Below the pieces are notes generated by a model, which saw only the letters and a list, made by a program, of their open reading frames with translations, did no database searches and had not been told where the DNA came from. A stretch of DNA of 64,000 bases. It comes from Promethearchaeota archaeon (GTDB lineage: Archaea; Asgardarchaeota; Lokiarchaeia; Sigyniarchaeales; SOKP01). Location of the stretch: the NCBI GenBank assembly GCA_048940925.1, contig JBHLOC010000023.1, positions 1 to 64,000 of the forward strand. The letters run 5' to 3'. The translations under genes were made by a program, and so were the position numbers. Below, in pieces: positions 1-10,342 of this stretch (position 1 is the first letter of the stretch; each line of letters begins with the position of its first letter).

Positions 1-1431
1 GAAAGACCAACAAGACCATTTGAAATCGGTTCTGATGTCTTCATGGCGAAAGAAGAACAAATTTCAAAAATTTTAGGAATTTTTAATCCACCAGAAGAGT
101 CTTTATCTTTAGGGAAGCTCGTTGGATATCCTTATGAAGTTTATTTATTAATAAAAAATTTTGGTAGAATTTTTATTACAGGCAAATCTGGTTCTGGAAA
201 ATCCTATACAATGGGTGTATTATGTGAAGAATTTCTTAAAAAAGGTATTCCTATAGTCATTTTAGATAGGCATGGAGAATATGGGAGTTTAAAGGTTGCG
301 GGTGAAGATCTTCCAGAAGGAGAAAGTGAATTTGTAGACCGTATAGTTGAATTTTCTGATTTAAAAAAGAATAAAGGGGGAGATGTTGATATTGAATACT
401 TATTTTCATTAAAACCTTCAGATATTGTCGCACCCAATCTTTGTAGTGTAATTAATTTGAATGGGATGGCCTTGGAGGTGCAAGAGGCTATAGCTGGCAA
501 ACTTCTCAAAAAACTTTATGATGCTAGCACAACAAGAAGTATTCCTCCATTCTATTTATTCTTGGATGAGGCACACTTATTCGCTGGGAAAAAGCAGACA
601 GAAACTTGTGAAGTTGTGAAATTATTTGCTCAAGAGGGAAGAAAATTCGGAGCTAATATAGTAATTGGAACACAGCGTCCCCAATTATTAGACACTACAA
701 TAAGAGCTCAAGCAGGAACATGGGTGGTCCATAATTTAAGTGATATAAGAGACATTGGAATAACCATATCAAGTGCTGAAGATTTAAGTAATGAAAATAA
801 ATCAGACATATCTGGATTAGATAAAGGGGAAGCTATTATCTGTGGGGAAGCTGTTAAGGGGATTCCACTCTTCGTTAAAATAAGAAAAAGACGAACAAAG
901 CATGGTGGAGTTAGCTTTAATCCATTAGATTTTCTTTCACAACAAACTGTAGAAGAACTTAAAAGGCGAAAAACAAGACTTTTAGGGGGGAAATCTGCTG
1001 ATGAATTAGAAACAGGAAAATCTATGTATGAAGAAATGTTGGAACCAAAAAGAGCAACTGATTATTTGGATGAAATTGCTGCCTTAAAAGTTAGAATTCA
1101 AGAATTAGAGGATGAAGTATCTCGATTGAAAGAAAAAATTGCTGATGTAAAAGAAGGAAAAGAGATCCCTCTGATAGCAACAGATGAGACTATTGAAGAA
1201 TTACAAACTGAAATAAATGTTTGGAAAGAGAAGTATAATTATCTTAAAGAAATGGCACAATCAGGTGAAGGAGACATCATCACATTAACTGAGGATAGCG
1301 AAAAAGTTTTAGATCTAAATAACAGGATAATTGAATTAGAGGCGCAAGTAAAGAAATATAAGTCAAGATCTGATGATGCTATAATTTTAGCCGAAAAATC
1401 GATTGCAGAATTGAAAAAACGTAAAAAATAA
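1..1431 (+). CDS. HerA/DUF87-family P-loop ATPase with C-terminal coiled coil (5' end outside window)
   Basis: Walker A GKSGSGKS, ILDRHGEY, Walker B FLDEAH, EGRKFG and TQRP. Frame is open from base 1 (ERPTRPFEIGSDVFMA), so the true start is probably upstream of the window. Confidence 0.85.
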   Translation, partial: ERPTRPFEIGSDVFMAKEEQISKILGIFNPPEESLSLGKLVGYPYEVYLLIKNFGRIFITGKSGSGKSYTMGVLCEEFLKKGIPIVILDRHGEYGSLKVAGEDLPEGESEFVDRIVEFSDLKKNKGGDVDIEYLFSLKPSDIVAPNLCSVINLNGMALEVQEAIAGKLLKKLYDASTTRSIPPFYLFLDEAHLFAGKKQTETCEVVKLFAQEGRKFGANIVIGTQRPQLLDTTIRAQAGTWVVHNLSDIRDIGITISSAEDLSNENKSDISGLDKGEAIICGEAVKGIPLFVKIRKRRTKHGGVSFNPLDFLSQQTVEELKRRKTRLLGGKSADELETGKSMYEEMLEPKRATDYLDEIAALKVRIQELEDEVSRLKEKIADVKEGKEIPLIATDETIEELQTEINVWKEKYNYLKEMAQSGEGDIITLTEDSEKVLDLNNRIIELEAQVKKYKSRSDDAIILAEKSIAELKKRKK

Positions 1432-1554
1432 TTTTTTGAAAAAATCTAATTTTTAGTTTATTCTTAATTTTTTTAAGTAGTTCAAAAATTTGATTAAATA
1501 TTTTTAATTATTTGATATTATTTAGTGAAATATTAGCATTGGTTTAGATCAATT

Positions 1555-2636
1555 ATGAAGTTTAAAACTTTAAGTATTGAAAGTATTAAAAACTTACAGC
1601 GAAATTTGTCCTCCCTTTTTGGTGTATCTGGATATGAAGAAGAAGTAAGTAGCTTTATTTTTAGTGAAATTGAAAAAAATGCTTTAGCAGACAAAATTGG
1701 ATTGACCAACTAGGAAATGTTCTAGCATTAAAGAAAGGAAATGAAGGAGCAAATAGAATATTACTAGATGCACATACTGATGAAATTGGATTCATGGTTT
1801 CTCATATTGAAAATAATGGTTTTTTAAGATTTGTCCCCGTTGGTGGTTGGGACGTACGTATATTATTAGGTCATTCAGTAATAATAAGATCCGAAACTGG
1901 AGAAATCTTACCAGGAATTATAGGATCTAAACCGCCACATCTTACATCTGTAAAAGAAAGAAAAAAGATAGTAGAACTCAAAGAGCTGTATATTGACATA
2001 GGTATGAGTTCAAAAGATGAAGTTTTAAAATCTAAAATTAATATTGGTTCTGTTGGTACTCTTTCTGCCTTTTTTGAAGAATTTCCGAATAATATGGTAT
2101 GTGGGAAAGCTTTTGATGATAGAACAGGATGTAATGTTCTTCTTCATCTAATGAAGTTATTAAATGAGAATTCCCCACTTAATGATACTGTATTGTTCAA
2201 TTTTGCTGTACAAGAAGAAATAGGAAGAATCGGTGCGACTACAGGAGCTTTTAAACTTGATCCAACTATGGGAATTGCAATTGAAAATACTACAGCTGCT
2301 GATGTGCCGGGTATTAAGGAATCAGAGATTCCTGTTTATATTGGTAAAGGTCCAGCTATAACAATAGCAGATAAGTCGATTATCTCAAGCCCAAAAATAA
2401 ATAGAAGACTTATTAAAAATGCAGAGCTAGAGAAAATTCCATATCAACTCAAAAAACCCATGTATGGATTAACAGATGCTGGGAAAATTCAAATCACTCG
2501 AGAAGGTGTGCCTAGTTCTGTAGTATCAGTCCCCTGTCGGTATATTCACTCTCCCACTTCATTATTAAAACTTAAAGATATCTATGACACAATCCGATTA
2601 CTTGAAGTTTCTATTAGAAACCCAGCTAATATCTAA
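1555..2636 (+). pseudogene. M42 (TET-like) aminopeptidase with a 1-nt frameshift at ~1697
   Basis: ATG at 1555 gives MKFK...GVSGYEEEV...ADKI, then stops. The shifted frame continues WIDQLGNV...DAHTDEIGF into the 1794 ORF (KAFDDRTG, QEEIG, RYIHSP). One base is missing in 'aaaattgg'. Confidence 0.8.
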
Positions 2637-2656
2637 CTTTATGTATTTTTTTCTTA

Positions 2657-4096
2657 TTAGCTTTCAACCTGTTTATAATTATAAAGAGAAGTCTGTTTAA
2701 TTCTAATTTTTCTAATAGCTAGAAAAGCTATGAAGTAAAAGATGCCCATAGATACAAAAAGTAATACGAGTATTGTAGCATTCGATTCATTTGCTCCAGA
2801 TAGAAGGAATCCAATAAATATTGAAGCAGTAGCTGGCCCCATTGACGCGATAAATTGAGATAATCCATAATACGATCCCGAAATTTTCGACATAGCTTCA
2901 TCGATTTTAAAATCATTAGTATCTTCTGCAGCTTCATTAACAAGCGCTGCTGTTATAGGAATTGAAAATAAAGGAACTGAATACATTGAACCCAATACTG
3001 TGCTCCAAGTTAAAATATATAAAATAATTTGTAATTCAAAAGGAAGTATTCCTACTAAAAAGAAAGTTCCCAGAAACGAAGCAATTATCGCCAATGTAAT
3101 CGCATAAGAATATGATTTAAGTAACTGATTCCTTTTCCTAAGCCTCATCCAAACAAGATACCAGCCATACTTGCCAAGTATTGAGATTAAAACGTAAAAA
3201 TAAAAAAGACCAGCTGTAAAATTTAGTACATATGTTTGAAACGGAAAAACTAAAACCCCTACTATCCTTCCAGATATTCCCCCAAAAAATCCTGCAATTA
3301 TTAAAAATCTAAAGTTACGATCTTTAGCCGGTAGTGCCATTCCTTTAAAAGTTTCTGTTAAACTAATTTTCTTTTTTTCAGTTGGTGGTGATTTTTTGTG
3401 GAAACTCTCATCAACCGAGAAAAATATAATAATAACCGCAATTAATCCAAAGATAGCAAAACAAACAGCAATGATTGGGATATAAAAGAGAACAATTTTA
3501 CCAGATGGTTGCCACCATTTAACGTTTGTAGGATCTTCTACAATACTCTGAATTATTATTGGTAACAACAATGCTACGATGGACGCAGTTATTGCAAAAC
3601 CAGACCTTATAGATGCTACAGACTCTCTATTTTTTAAAGTTTGAGACTGTTCAGGGAGCATGGACACATATACATTAAATAATAACGATCTTGAAATTGA
3701 TCTTATTATAATTAATACCCAAAAATAGATTGCTGTTGGTATATACATTGAATTTCCTTCTGGACATTTCCACGGAGGAATCCATATCAAAATACCAGTA
3801 ATAAACCATATAGGTATACCAATTAGTAAAAATGGTCGTCTCTTTCCTAATTTACCTGGTCTTTTGTTGTCAACAATTACTCCAAATATAATAGAGAAGA
3901 GTGCTCCTATAATAAGTTGTGTCGTTGTCCCAATTGAGACCAAAAGAGCATTTAAATTAATTGTATAAACATAATATTGAAAAATAAAAACACCTAAAAA
4001 AATATTACCTAAAGATAAGCCCAGATCACCCATAGAATATCCAATAAGGCGTTTACCTTTTAATTCTCGTGGTGGTAGTAATAAGCTATCTTCCAT
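2657..4096 (-). CDS. MFS transporter, GPH/MelB-like
   Basis: About 12 hydrophobic segments; GVIVDNKRPGKLGKRRPF loop motif. Confidence 0.85.
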   Translation of the reverse strand: MEDSLLLPPRELKGKRLIGYSMGDLGLSLGNIFLGVFIFQYYVYTINLNALLVSIGTTTQLIIGALFSIIFGVIVDNKRPGKLGKRRPFLLIGIPIWFITGILIWIPPWKCPEGNSMYIPTAIYFWVLIIIRSISRSLLFNVYVSMLPEQSQTLKNRESVASIRSGFAITASIVALLLPIIIQSIVEDPTNVKWWQPSGKIVLFYIPIIAVCFAIFGLIAVIIIFFSVDESFHKKSPPTEKKKISLTETFKGMALPAKDRNFRFLIIAGFFGGISGRIVGVLVFPFQTYVLNFTAGLFYFYVLISILGKYGWYLVWMRLRKRNQLLKSYSYAITLAIIASFLGTFFLVGILPFELQIILYILTWSTVLGSMYSVPLFSIPITAALVNEAAEDTNDFKIDEAMSKISGSYYGLSQFIASMGPATASIFIGFLLSGANESNATILVLLFVSMGIFYFIAFLAIRKIRIKQTSLYNYKQVES

Positions 4097-4482
4097 AAAT
4101 AATCAAACAAGAAATAGTTGTTAATGAAAATAAAAGGATATTGAAATAGTTTTTGTATCTGATTATTCAAAAAAGTCATAAATATGAAGTAATAAAGCCT
4201 AATTTTTTTATAATTAGCTTAAAAAACAAGTAGATTCATTATTTATAATTTTTTAGAAAGGTAAAGCTTACAATTTTAATTCTCAAATGTATGATTTTTA
4301 AATTTGACAAATATTGGACTCTTGAAGTCATTAATATTGATTATCCTTATAATTTCATAGTCAATGATAAAAAAAAATGAAAATAAAAATAGATGAAATG
4401 ATTCGCTTTAAATCTATTTTTAAGATATTAAGGGATTTCTATACGCGGGGTATAAGGTCTTAAGCAAACTCTTATTTAGATT

Positions 4483-4540
4483 AGTTGCAGAAGGGAGGGA
4501 ATATTAGCTTGGTTAAAGCTCCCCCTTCTCAACTTTTTTT
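4483..4540 (+). other. GC-rich stem-loop followed by a T-tract (terminator-like or part of a small RNA)
   Basis: AGTTG/CAACT, AGAAGGG/CCCTTCT and AGCTT/AAGCT nested inverted repeats, then a poly-T run, in an otherwise very AT-rich spacer. Confidence 0.5.
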
Positions 4541-4558
4541 AAAAATGATGATTAAAGA

Positions 4559-5437
4559 TCATTTTTCTACTTTTTTCTTCTGCTTTTTTCGCTTTTTTAC
4601 GTTCTTTTGTTGTTCAACAATGACGTTGCTTATAAATTGTGTCGTAGAATAAGCAGTTTCAGCTTCACCTAAACTCAATCCTTCTAACTCTTCCATATCC
4701 GCTTCTTTTTCAGAGAGCCCAACTTCTTTCATAGCATATTCCTTTGCACTCATTTTGTGTCGTTTTGTTCTAAGTTCTGCTCTTTGTAGATAATAATGAC
4801 TTGTCATATGTAAAACTGTACCACCATCACCATAATTAAAAATAATAACAATTGGGGCTTCACCATATTTCTGTTGCATTTCTCTGCTTTTTACTAATAC
4901 TTTTACTTTCTCTTTATCGAGAATCTGGATTGGATAAGATGAACTTTCAAGCCACCAAATAGGATCGGCATCTTCATTAAATAATCCCTCTAAAAATTTA
5001 TTACTCTTATCTACAACTTCCACTCTAACGCAATCATCACCAGTAGGACGTTCATTATATTTTACATACTCTGGAAAAACTTTTTCTAAAATATGTAATA
5101 GAGCCCAATCAGTAGTAAATAAGAAACCTCCTTTTTTTACAAATTCTCTTATTTTTTCTAAGCCTTCGTGTATTTCTCCCGGGCAATTTATAATTAAAAT
5201 TTGGTCAGGAGTTAAATCAATTTGACTGAATTCGTGAGGTTCAATTAGCACATAGGGAACCTTAATCATTTCTAAAACTAATTCTATTTTGTCATAAGAA
5301 CCAGCAACGATAACTATTGAAGATTCTTTTACCTTCTTTAGGATTTCTAAATCCATTGGACGCTCTTTTGCCATACGTTTCTCAAGTATTTTGGAAGAAG
5401 CTTGATAAGCTTGTTCCATCTTTTTAAAATCTCCCAT
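4559..5437 (-). CDS. Hypothetical protein, class I glutamine amidotransferase-like fold
   Basis: ILIINCPG and IREFVKKGGFLFTTDWAL resemble the GATase-like/DJ-1 superfamily. Confidence 0.5.
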   Translation of the reverse strand: MGDFKKMEQAYQASSKILEKRMAKERPMDLEILKKVKESSIVIVAGSYDKIELVLEMIKVPYVLIEPHEFSQIDLTPDQILIINCPGEIHEGLEKIREFVKKGGFLFTTDWALLHILEKVFPEYVKYNERPTGDDCVRVEVVDKSNKFLEGLFNEDADPIWWLESSSYPIQILDKEKVKVLVKSREMQQKYGEAPIVIIFNYGDGGTVLHMTSHYYLQRAELRTKRHKMSAKEYAMKEVGLSEKEADMEELEGLSLGEAETAYSTTQFISNVIVEQQKNVKKRKKQKKKVEK

Positions 5438-5571
5438 AAAGTTTTACCTCTATTTATTTTAAATAATATGAAAATTTTCTCTTATAAAATTATACAGGAT
5501 ATGTTTTTAACATGATTTCGAATAAAAAGGTGTGAAAAAAGTTAAATTTATTATTAATAGTCCAGTTATTA

Positions 5572-6798
5572 TTACTTTTTTGAAGGTTTTAGTAGAAAGA
5601 TCAGGATAATTGACCCTATTGTAAAGAACGCCATAACTATATATAACTGAAGATAACCTCCGAAAGCTAAAACTAATGCGTTTGTAGCAACAGCTTGAAT
5701 AAATCCTGCAATTCCATACGCTGTAAAAACGACTCCATAATTTTCTCCTAAATGTTTATTTCCGAAAAGATCAGCAGTTCCAGTAGGAAATAGGCTTAGA
5801 TTCCCTCCAAAACAGAGTAGGATCACGCACGTAATAATCATATAGTAAATAATATCTATATTAGTCGAAAAATACAAGAATAATAAAACTGCTTGTACCA
5901 TAAACATCATTAACATAGCTCTTTTATAAGTAAAAATGTCAGCAATTTTTCCCCAAAAAATTCTACCAAGTCCATTAAATAATGCTCCTATACTCCCTAC
6001 AAACACAAAATCAGCAGCAGAAATTACAAATGAAGAATCACTTTTAGCAAATGATGAAAATGTACCAATTACTAAAAGACCAGGCATACATCCTAATATA
6101 TAAGCTAACCATAACAGCCAAAACTGTTTTTGTTTAACCATTTCAGTACGTTCAAATTCGATTAATCCTACCGCAGTATCTTCGCTAATAGTTGGGGGTA
6201 TATATCCCTCTGGAAGCCACCCTTCTGGGGGAACATTCATTGTCATAGCCCCAGCTAGAATAAACGCTATATAAATAATCCCTAACAATAGATACATAAC
6301 CGGAATCCCAAGTGGAGCGAAGTATCGAATTAAATAATTAAAGATGAAAGATCCCGCACCAAAACCAGCAACAGCAATACCGCTTATTAAACCTTTTTTT
6401 TCAGGATACCATTTAGTAGCTGTAGCAATTGGACATACATATGTAAATCCTATTCCCATTCCATATATAATCCCATAAGTAATAAATAATCCTATGAAAT
6501 TTGTCATTAAAGCAGATAAAAGAGTTCCAGTTCCTATTAACCCTGCTCCGAGTATAGAAATCTTCTTTGGACCATATTTTTGTTGCAACTTTCCTGCAAA
6601 TATCATTGTAATAGCAAAAGCGGCTAATCCAATACCGAAAATATATATAGTCACTTCTGCTGGCTCAGATAAATATTCTCCTTCACTGATAAACTGAGTC
6701 ATAGTTCCCCAAGAGTAAATTGAACCTAGAGCAAGTTGAATTAAAATTGCTCCTATTACCACAATCCATCTTTTCATAATCGTTTGTTCTGTACTCAT
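5572..6798 (-). CDS. OFA-family (oxalate:formate antiporter-like) MFS transporter
   Basis: GSIYSW, KWYPEKKGLISGIAVAGFGAG, FNGLGRIFWGKIAD, ENYG. Confidence 0.9.
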   Translation of the reverse strand: MSTEQTIMKRWIVVIGAILIQLALGSIYSWGTMTQFISEGEYLSEPAEVTIYIFGIGLAAFAITMIFAGKLQQKYGPKKISILGAGLIGTGTLLSALMTNFIGLFITYGIIYGMGIGFTYVCPIATATKWYPEKKGLISGIAVAGFGAGSFIFNYLIRYFAPLGIPVMYLLLGIIYIAFILAGAMTMNVPPEGWLPEGYIPPTISEDTAVGLIEFERTEMVKQKQFWLLWLAYILGCMPGLLVIGTFSSFAKSDSSFVISAADFVFVGSIGALFNGLGRIFWGKIADIFTYKRAMLMMFMVQAVLLFLYFSTNIDIIYYMIITCVILLCFGGNLSLFPTGTADLFGNKHLGENYGVVFTAYGIAGFIQAVATNALVLAFGGYLQLYIVMAFFTIGSIILIFLLKPSKK

Positions 6799-6998
6799 GC
6801 TAAATTTGCCTAAATATTATGATGCTAATCAAAATTTTTTGACTGATAAAAAAGTTTCATTAATAAATTAAAGATCTTAAAATAAAAAAGCATCAACTTA
6901 CTGCTAAAACAAAAATATCCTAAAAGATAATATTAATAAATCGGATACTCTAATAGAATATAAATTAATTTTTATTAGGATTTTTTTCGTAGATAAAA

Positions 6999-8687
6999 AT
7001 GAGAAAAAATGACATAACTAAAAAGAGATTTATTCTTATCTGGGTCTTTCTGGCATTCTTTATCATTGGAACAATTTTAATCTTTTTAGTACCAATCGGG
7101 ATAAAATCCACTTATGGAAAAACAATTAGAACTGCAGATGGAGTTACAATTGTGTTTAACGTTTTTGAGCCGAAAAATGAAGATTCAAATAAGAAGGCTA
7201 TTATTTTAGGGCATGGGGTAATGTCAAATAAGGAAATGCTCAAGGATTATGCATTAGAATTTGCAGAAGCAGGTTTTGTAGCAGTTGCTTTTGATTTTAG
7301 GGGACATGGACAGAGTTCTGGAGATCATAGAAGCGGATCATTGATATATGATATAGAAGCGATTGTTTCATACCTAAATTCTAGATCAGATATTGATATG
7401 AACAACCTTGCTTATTTAGGTTATTCAATGGGGGGTATTGGTTTGCGATTAGTAAATCAATCCACAGCTTTTAAATGTTTTATCGGAGCTGGCACAATGT
7501 TATCAAAGAACATAAGAAAAGGAAATTCAACATCACCATTAAATATCCTTATGCTTCTAGGACGGTATGATGAATTGATTACCCCAAAAGATTTAAAAGA
7601 AGCTTTATCTGATTACACAGGTGTTCCTACTGCTAATCTCGACGTTAATAAGTTATATGGAAGTTTTCAAGATGGAAACGCAACAAAGATTTATTTGGAT
7701 GATCTTACTAACCATGTTTTAGGAAATTGGGATCCCGATTTCATAAGTGAAGCCCGAAATTTTCTGGCAAGTGCTTTTCCAGATGTAAGACCTGTAGATG
7801 AGAATTTTGTGGTAAATACAAGATTCTTTATACTTTCCTTGCAGCTTTTTGGTGGTTTTGGATTTTTAGTATTAATAATTCCACCTCTATCTAAATTATT
7901 TCTAACAACAGAAGAAGATAAAGGATTTAAGTTAGAATTAGAAAATGGAAATTTAATTAATATTGGGGGGAAATTGTTTACATTTTCTTTGATATTTGGA
8001 TTACCAGGAGTAATGATTTTTATGCCAGTTCTATTCATCTCGTTTTTAGCAATTGCAGGATTTATTACAGCATTATTATTTGGACAAGCTTTTGGAATTC
8101 TAATACTACTTTGGAGAATCGGGAAAAAGAAAGGTATACGATTAATTGAGATAATAAGGAAGCCTTTTAACACATCAAGGGAAAATCTTATCCGACAATT
8201 CTTACTGGGAATTTTATTAGCGGGAATTTTAACTATAATAGTGTATCTTTCAGGAGGATTAAATTATATAGGGATGATACCTTCATTAATGAAAATACCA
8301 TGGCTACTCTTATTTTTAGTAATAAATTTCATTATCTTTATGATTTATGGCTTATTCTTTCATGGAATTCTACAAATCAAATTTGAACATGGATTTAAAT
8401 CATTAATCAAAGGATCCTTGATGATATTTGGTCTTCTATTTATATACTGGTTTGTATATCTTTTTGTCATTGCAATTGTTACGGGCAGCTTTTTCTATTT
8501 TGGAAATTTTATTCCTTTCTCTATTCCATTATTCTTATTATTAGCTATTCTTTCTACGCTTACATACCAAAAAACTGGAAATATAATACCTGGTGCGATT
8601 ATAAACACATTGTTCTTTACATTATTAATATGTACAATTTCACCATATCAATCTGGATTGACTTTTATTCTGGGTTTCCTCCATTAA
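6999..8687 (+). CDS. Alpha/beta hydrolase with N-terminal anchor and C-terminal multi-TM domain
   Basis: HG motif, DFRGHGQS, nucleophile elbow GYSMG; about 8 C-terminal TM helices. Confidence 0.8.
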   Translation: MRKNDITKKRFILIWVFLAFFIIGTILIFLVPIGIKSTYGKTIRTADGVTIVFNVFEPKNEDSNKKAIILGHGVMSNKEMLKDYALEFAEAGFVAVAFDFRGHGQSSGDHRSGSLIYDIEAIVSYLNSRSDIDMNNLAYLGYSMGGIGLRLVNQSTAFKCFIGAGTMLSKNIRKGNSTSPLNILMLLGRYDELITPKDLKEALSDYTGVPTANLDVNKLYGSFQDGNATKIYLDDLTNHVLGNWDPDFISEARNFLASAFPDVRPVDENFVVNTRFFILSLQLFGGFGFLVLIIPPLSKLFLTTEEDKGFKLELENGNLINIGGKLFTFSLIFGLPGVMIFMPVLFISFLAIAGFITALLFGQAFGILILLWRIGKKKGIRLIEIIRKPFNTSRENLIRQFLLGILLAGILTIIVYLSGGLNYIGMIPSLMKIPWLLLFLVINFIIFMIYGLFFHGILQIKFEHGFKSLIKGSLMIFGLLFIYWFVYLFVIAIVTGSFFYFGNFIPFSIPLFLLLAILSTLTYQKTGNIIPGAIINTLFFTLLICTISPYQSGLTFILGFLH

Positions 8688-8839
8688 TTAAAATAATCTC
8701 AATTAATTTTTTAAAAACCTCAAATTAAATAAATACAAGATATTTCATTTTATATTGTAAATTTTAAATTAAATCTCAACTTATTATTTCAATGTGCTTT
8801 TAGTATTTTTTTTGAAATTATAAAAGATTTAAAGTCAAA

Positions 8840-9877
8840 ATGTCCCAAGACCAAATACTCTGTGTTTCTTATTTTGATCAAGTTATCGGCCCAAATTTGT
8901 TATATTCAAATGAGAATTTGAATGAGATAGCAGGAACCCCAGACTTAGGAAGAATTCTTGAATTTAATGATGAAGAGGGTACGTTTATTTTTGCCTATAG
9001 AAAATTCCAGACTGTAAACCATATATTCTATATCGATTCTCAATATGCTCGTGGTGGGAAAGAATTATTAATGATAAGTTATTTAGTTAGAAGCGCTATT
9101 TTCAAAGATCAAATTGTAGATGTTTTCAAATATCTAGATTCAAAATCTCCAATATTAGAAGATTTTGCTGTAGAATTAAGAAAATTAAACGATCTTGCGT
9201 CACTACTTCATTCAAAAAAGAATAATACACCAGAGGACAGTGTTTTAAATATAGCTAATAAAGATTTTAAAATGAAATTCTTAGAAATCTTTAATAAATA
9301 TTTTAAAAGGTTATCTCCAAATTATCAAATTGAAACCCCAATAACCAGTAAAAGAATTATTAAGAAAGTATTCATTGTAGGGGCTCCAAAAACTGGTAGA
9401 ACAACTTTTCTAAAAAATGTTGAATTAATCCAATTTCTTAATATAAGAACTGATGATTTACCTACTCGTATTTATGAAGTTCTTGTAGAAAATCTCGAAA
9501 TTTTAAATTTTGACGAAAATGAATGTGAATTTTATTGTAAGGGCTATGAATCTTTTGAAAAATGTATGGAGCATGCACAGGGATTTATATTAATTTTTAA
9601 TACCTCTGATAAAGAATCTTTAAACGAAACAAAAAGATTGTTTCAGATAATTGATGACAAACGTTTAGAACTGGGAAATAGGTTAGTTCCAATATTAATT
9701 ATTGGAAATAAATTTTATAATAAAGCAAAATTATCCCCAGAATACGTTCAAGAATCGTTTACTATAAAAGATTTAAAAGAACTAGGAATGAGAATTAGAT
9801 ATTTTCCAATTAATGTTTTGGAGGAAGATGCGAGAATTATGAAAGCATTACGCTGGATGATTAAAAATATGCTATAA
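8840..9877 (+). CDS. uDENN/longin (FLCN/SMCR8-like) domain fused to a degenerate small GTPase
   Basis: N-terminal YFDQVIGP and HIFYIDSQYARG; C-terminal GAPKTGRTT (G1), AQGFILIFN and IIGNKF (G4). Confidence 0.65.
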   Translation: MSQDQILCVSYFDQVIGPNLLYSNENLNEIAGTPDLGRILEFNDEEGTFIFAYRKFQTVNHIFYIDSQYARGGKELLMISYLVRSAIFKDQIVDVFKYLDSKSPILEDFAVELRKLNDLASLLHSKKNNTPEDSVLNIANKDFKMKFLEIFNKYFKRLSPNYQIETPITSKRIIKKVFIVGAPKTGRTTFLKNVELIQFLNIRTDDLPTRIYEVLVENLEILNFDENECEFYCKGYESFEKCMEHAQGFILIFNTSDKESLNETKRLFQIIDDKRLELGNRLVPILIIGNKFYNKAKLSPEYVQESFTIKDLKELGMRIRYFPINVLEEDARIMKALRWMIKNML

Positions 9878-9968
9878 ACTTAAAATTATGTAACATTAAA
9901 TAAATTGTAAATAAATTAAAAATACACTTCCAACAAATCTTTTAAATTATCATTAATATTTTAAATAG

Positions 9969-10325
9969 ATGACAACTCAATCTTTGAAAGGTATTGCTTG
10001 GGGTATAGTATTTCTTTTCACTGCAGTTATTTATGGTACAATTCCTAGTTATTTAATCATTAGATTTTGGGTTTGGCTTGATAGTTTTCCTGTTTATACT
10101 TTATCCCTATTTATGCTGTTTTTATGGATAATTGCGATAATAATTGTTCTAATATATATTACTGCGATGATCCGTGCTTTTGTCCAAAGAAAGAGTGAAG
10201 ATTTAGGAATACCAAAAGGAGTAAAGGGTTTTGGTTTAGTTTCGACAGTAATAGTGGTTGTATTTATGTTGATATGGTATTTTATCTTTAACCAAATCGC
10301 GTTCTTTTCAATGATTCCTCCTTAA
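9969..10325 (+). CDS. Small 3-TM membrane protein
   Basis: 118-aa ORF with three hydrophobic helices. Confidence 0.7.
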   Translation: MTTQSLKGIAWGIVFLFTAVIYGTIPSYLIIRFWVWLDSFPVYTLSLFMLFLWIIAIIIVLIYITAMIRAFVQRKSEDLGIPKGVKGFGLVSTVIVVVFMLIWYFIFNQIAFFSMIPP

Positions 10326-10342
10326 ATACTATTAAAATAGCT

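Noticed and set aside
1680-1720. Intron as the cause of the M42 frameshift
   Set aside because: The spacing between SGYE and DxLGN leaves no room for an insert, a base is missing rather than added, and no BHB is visible.
4483-4561. SECIS element after the TGA-terminated 4559..5437 gene
   Set aside because: No AUGA/GA quartet geometry; the TGA follows a Lys-rich natural C-terminus.
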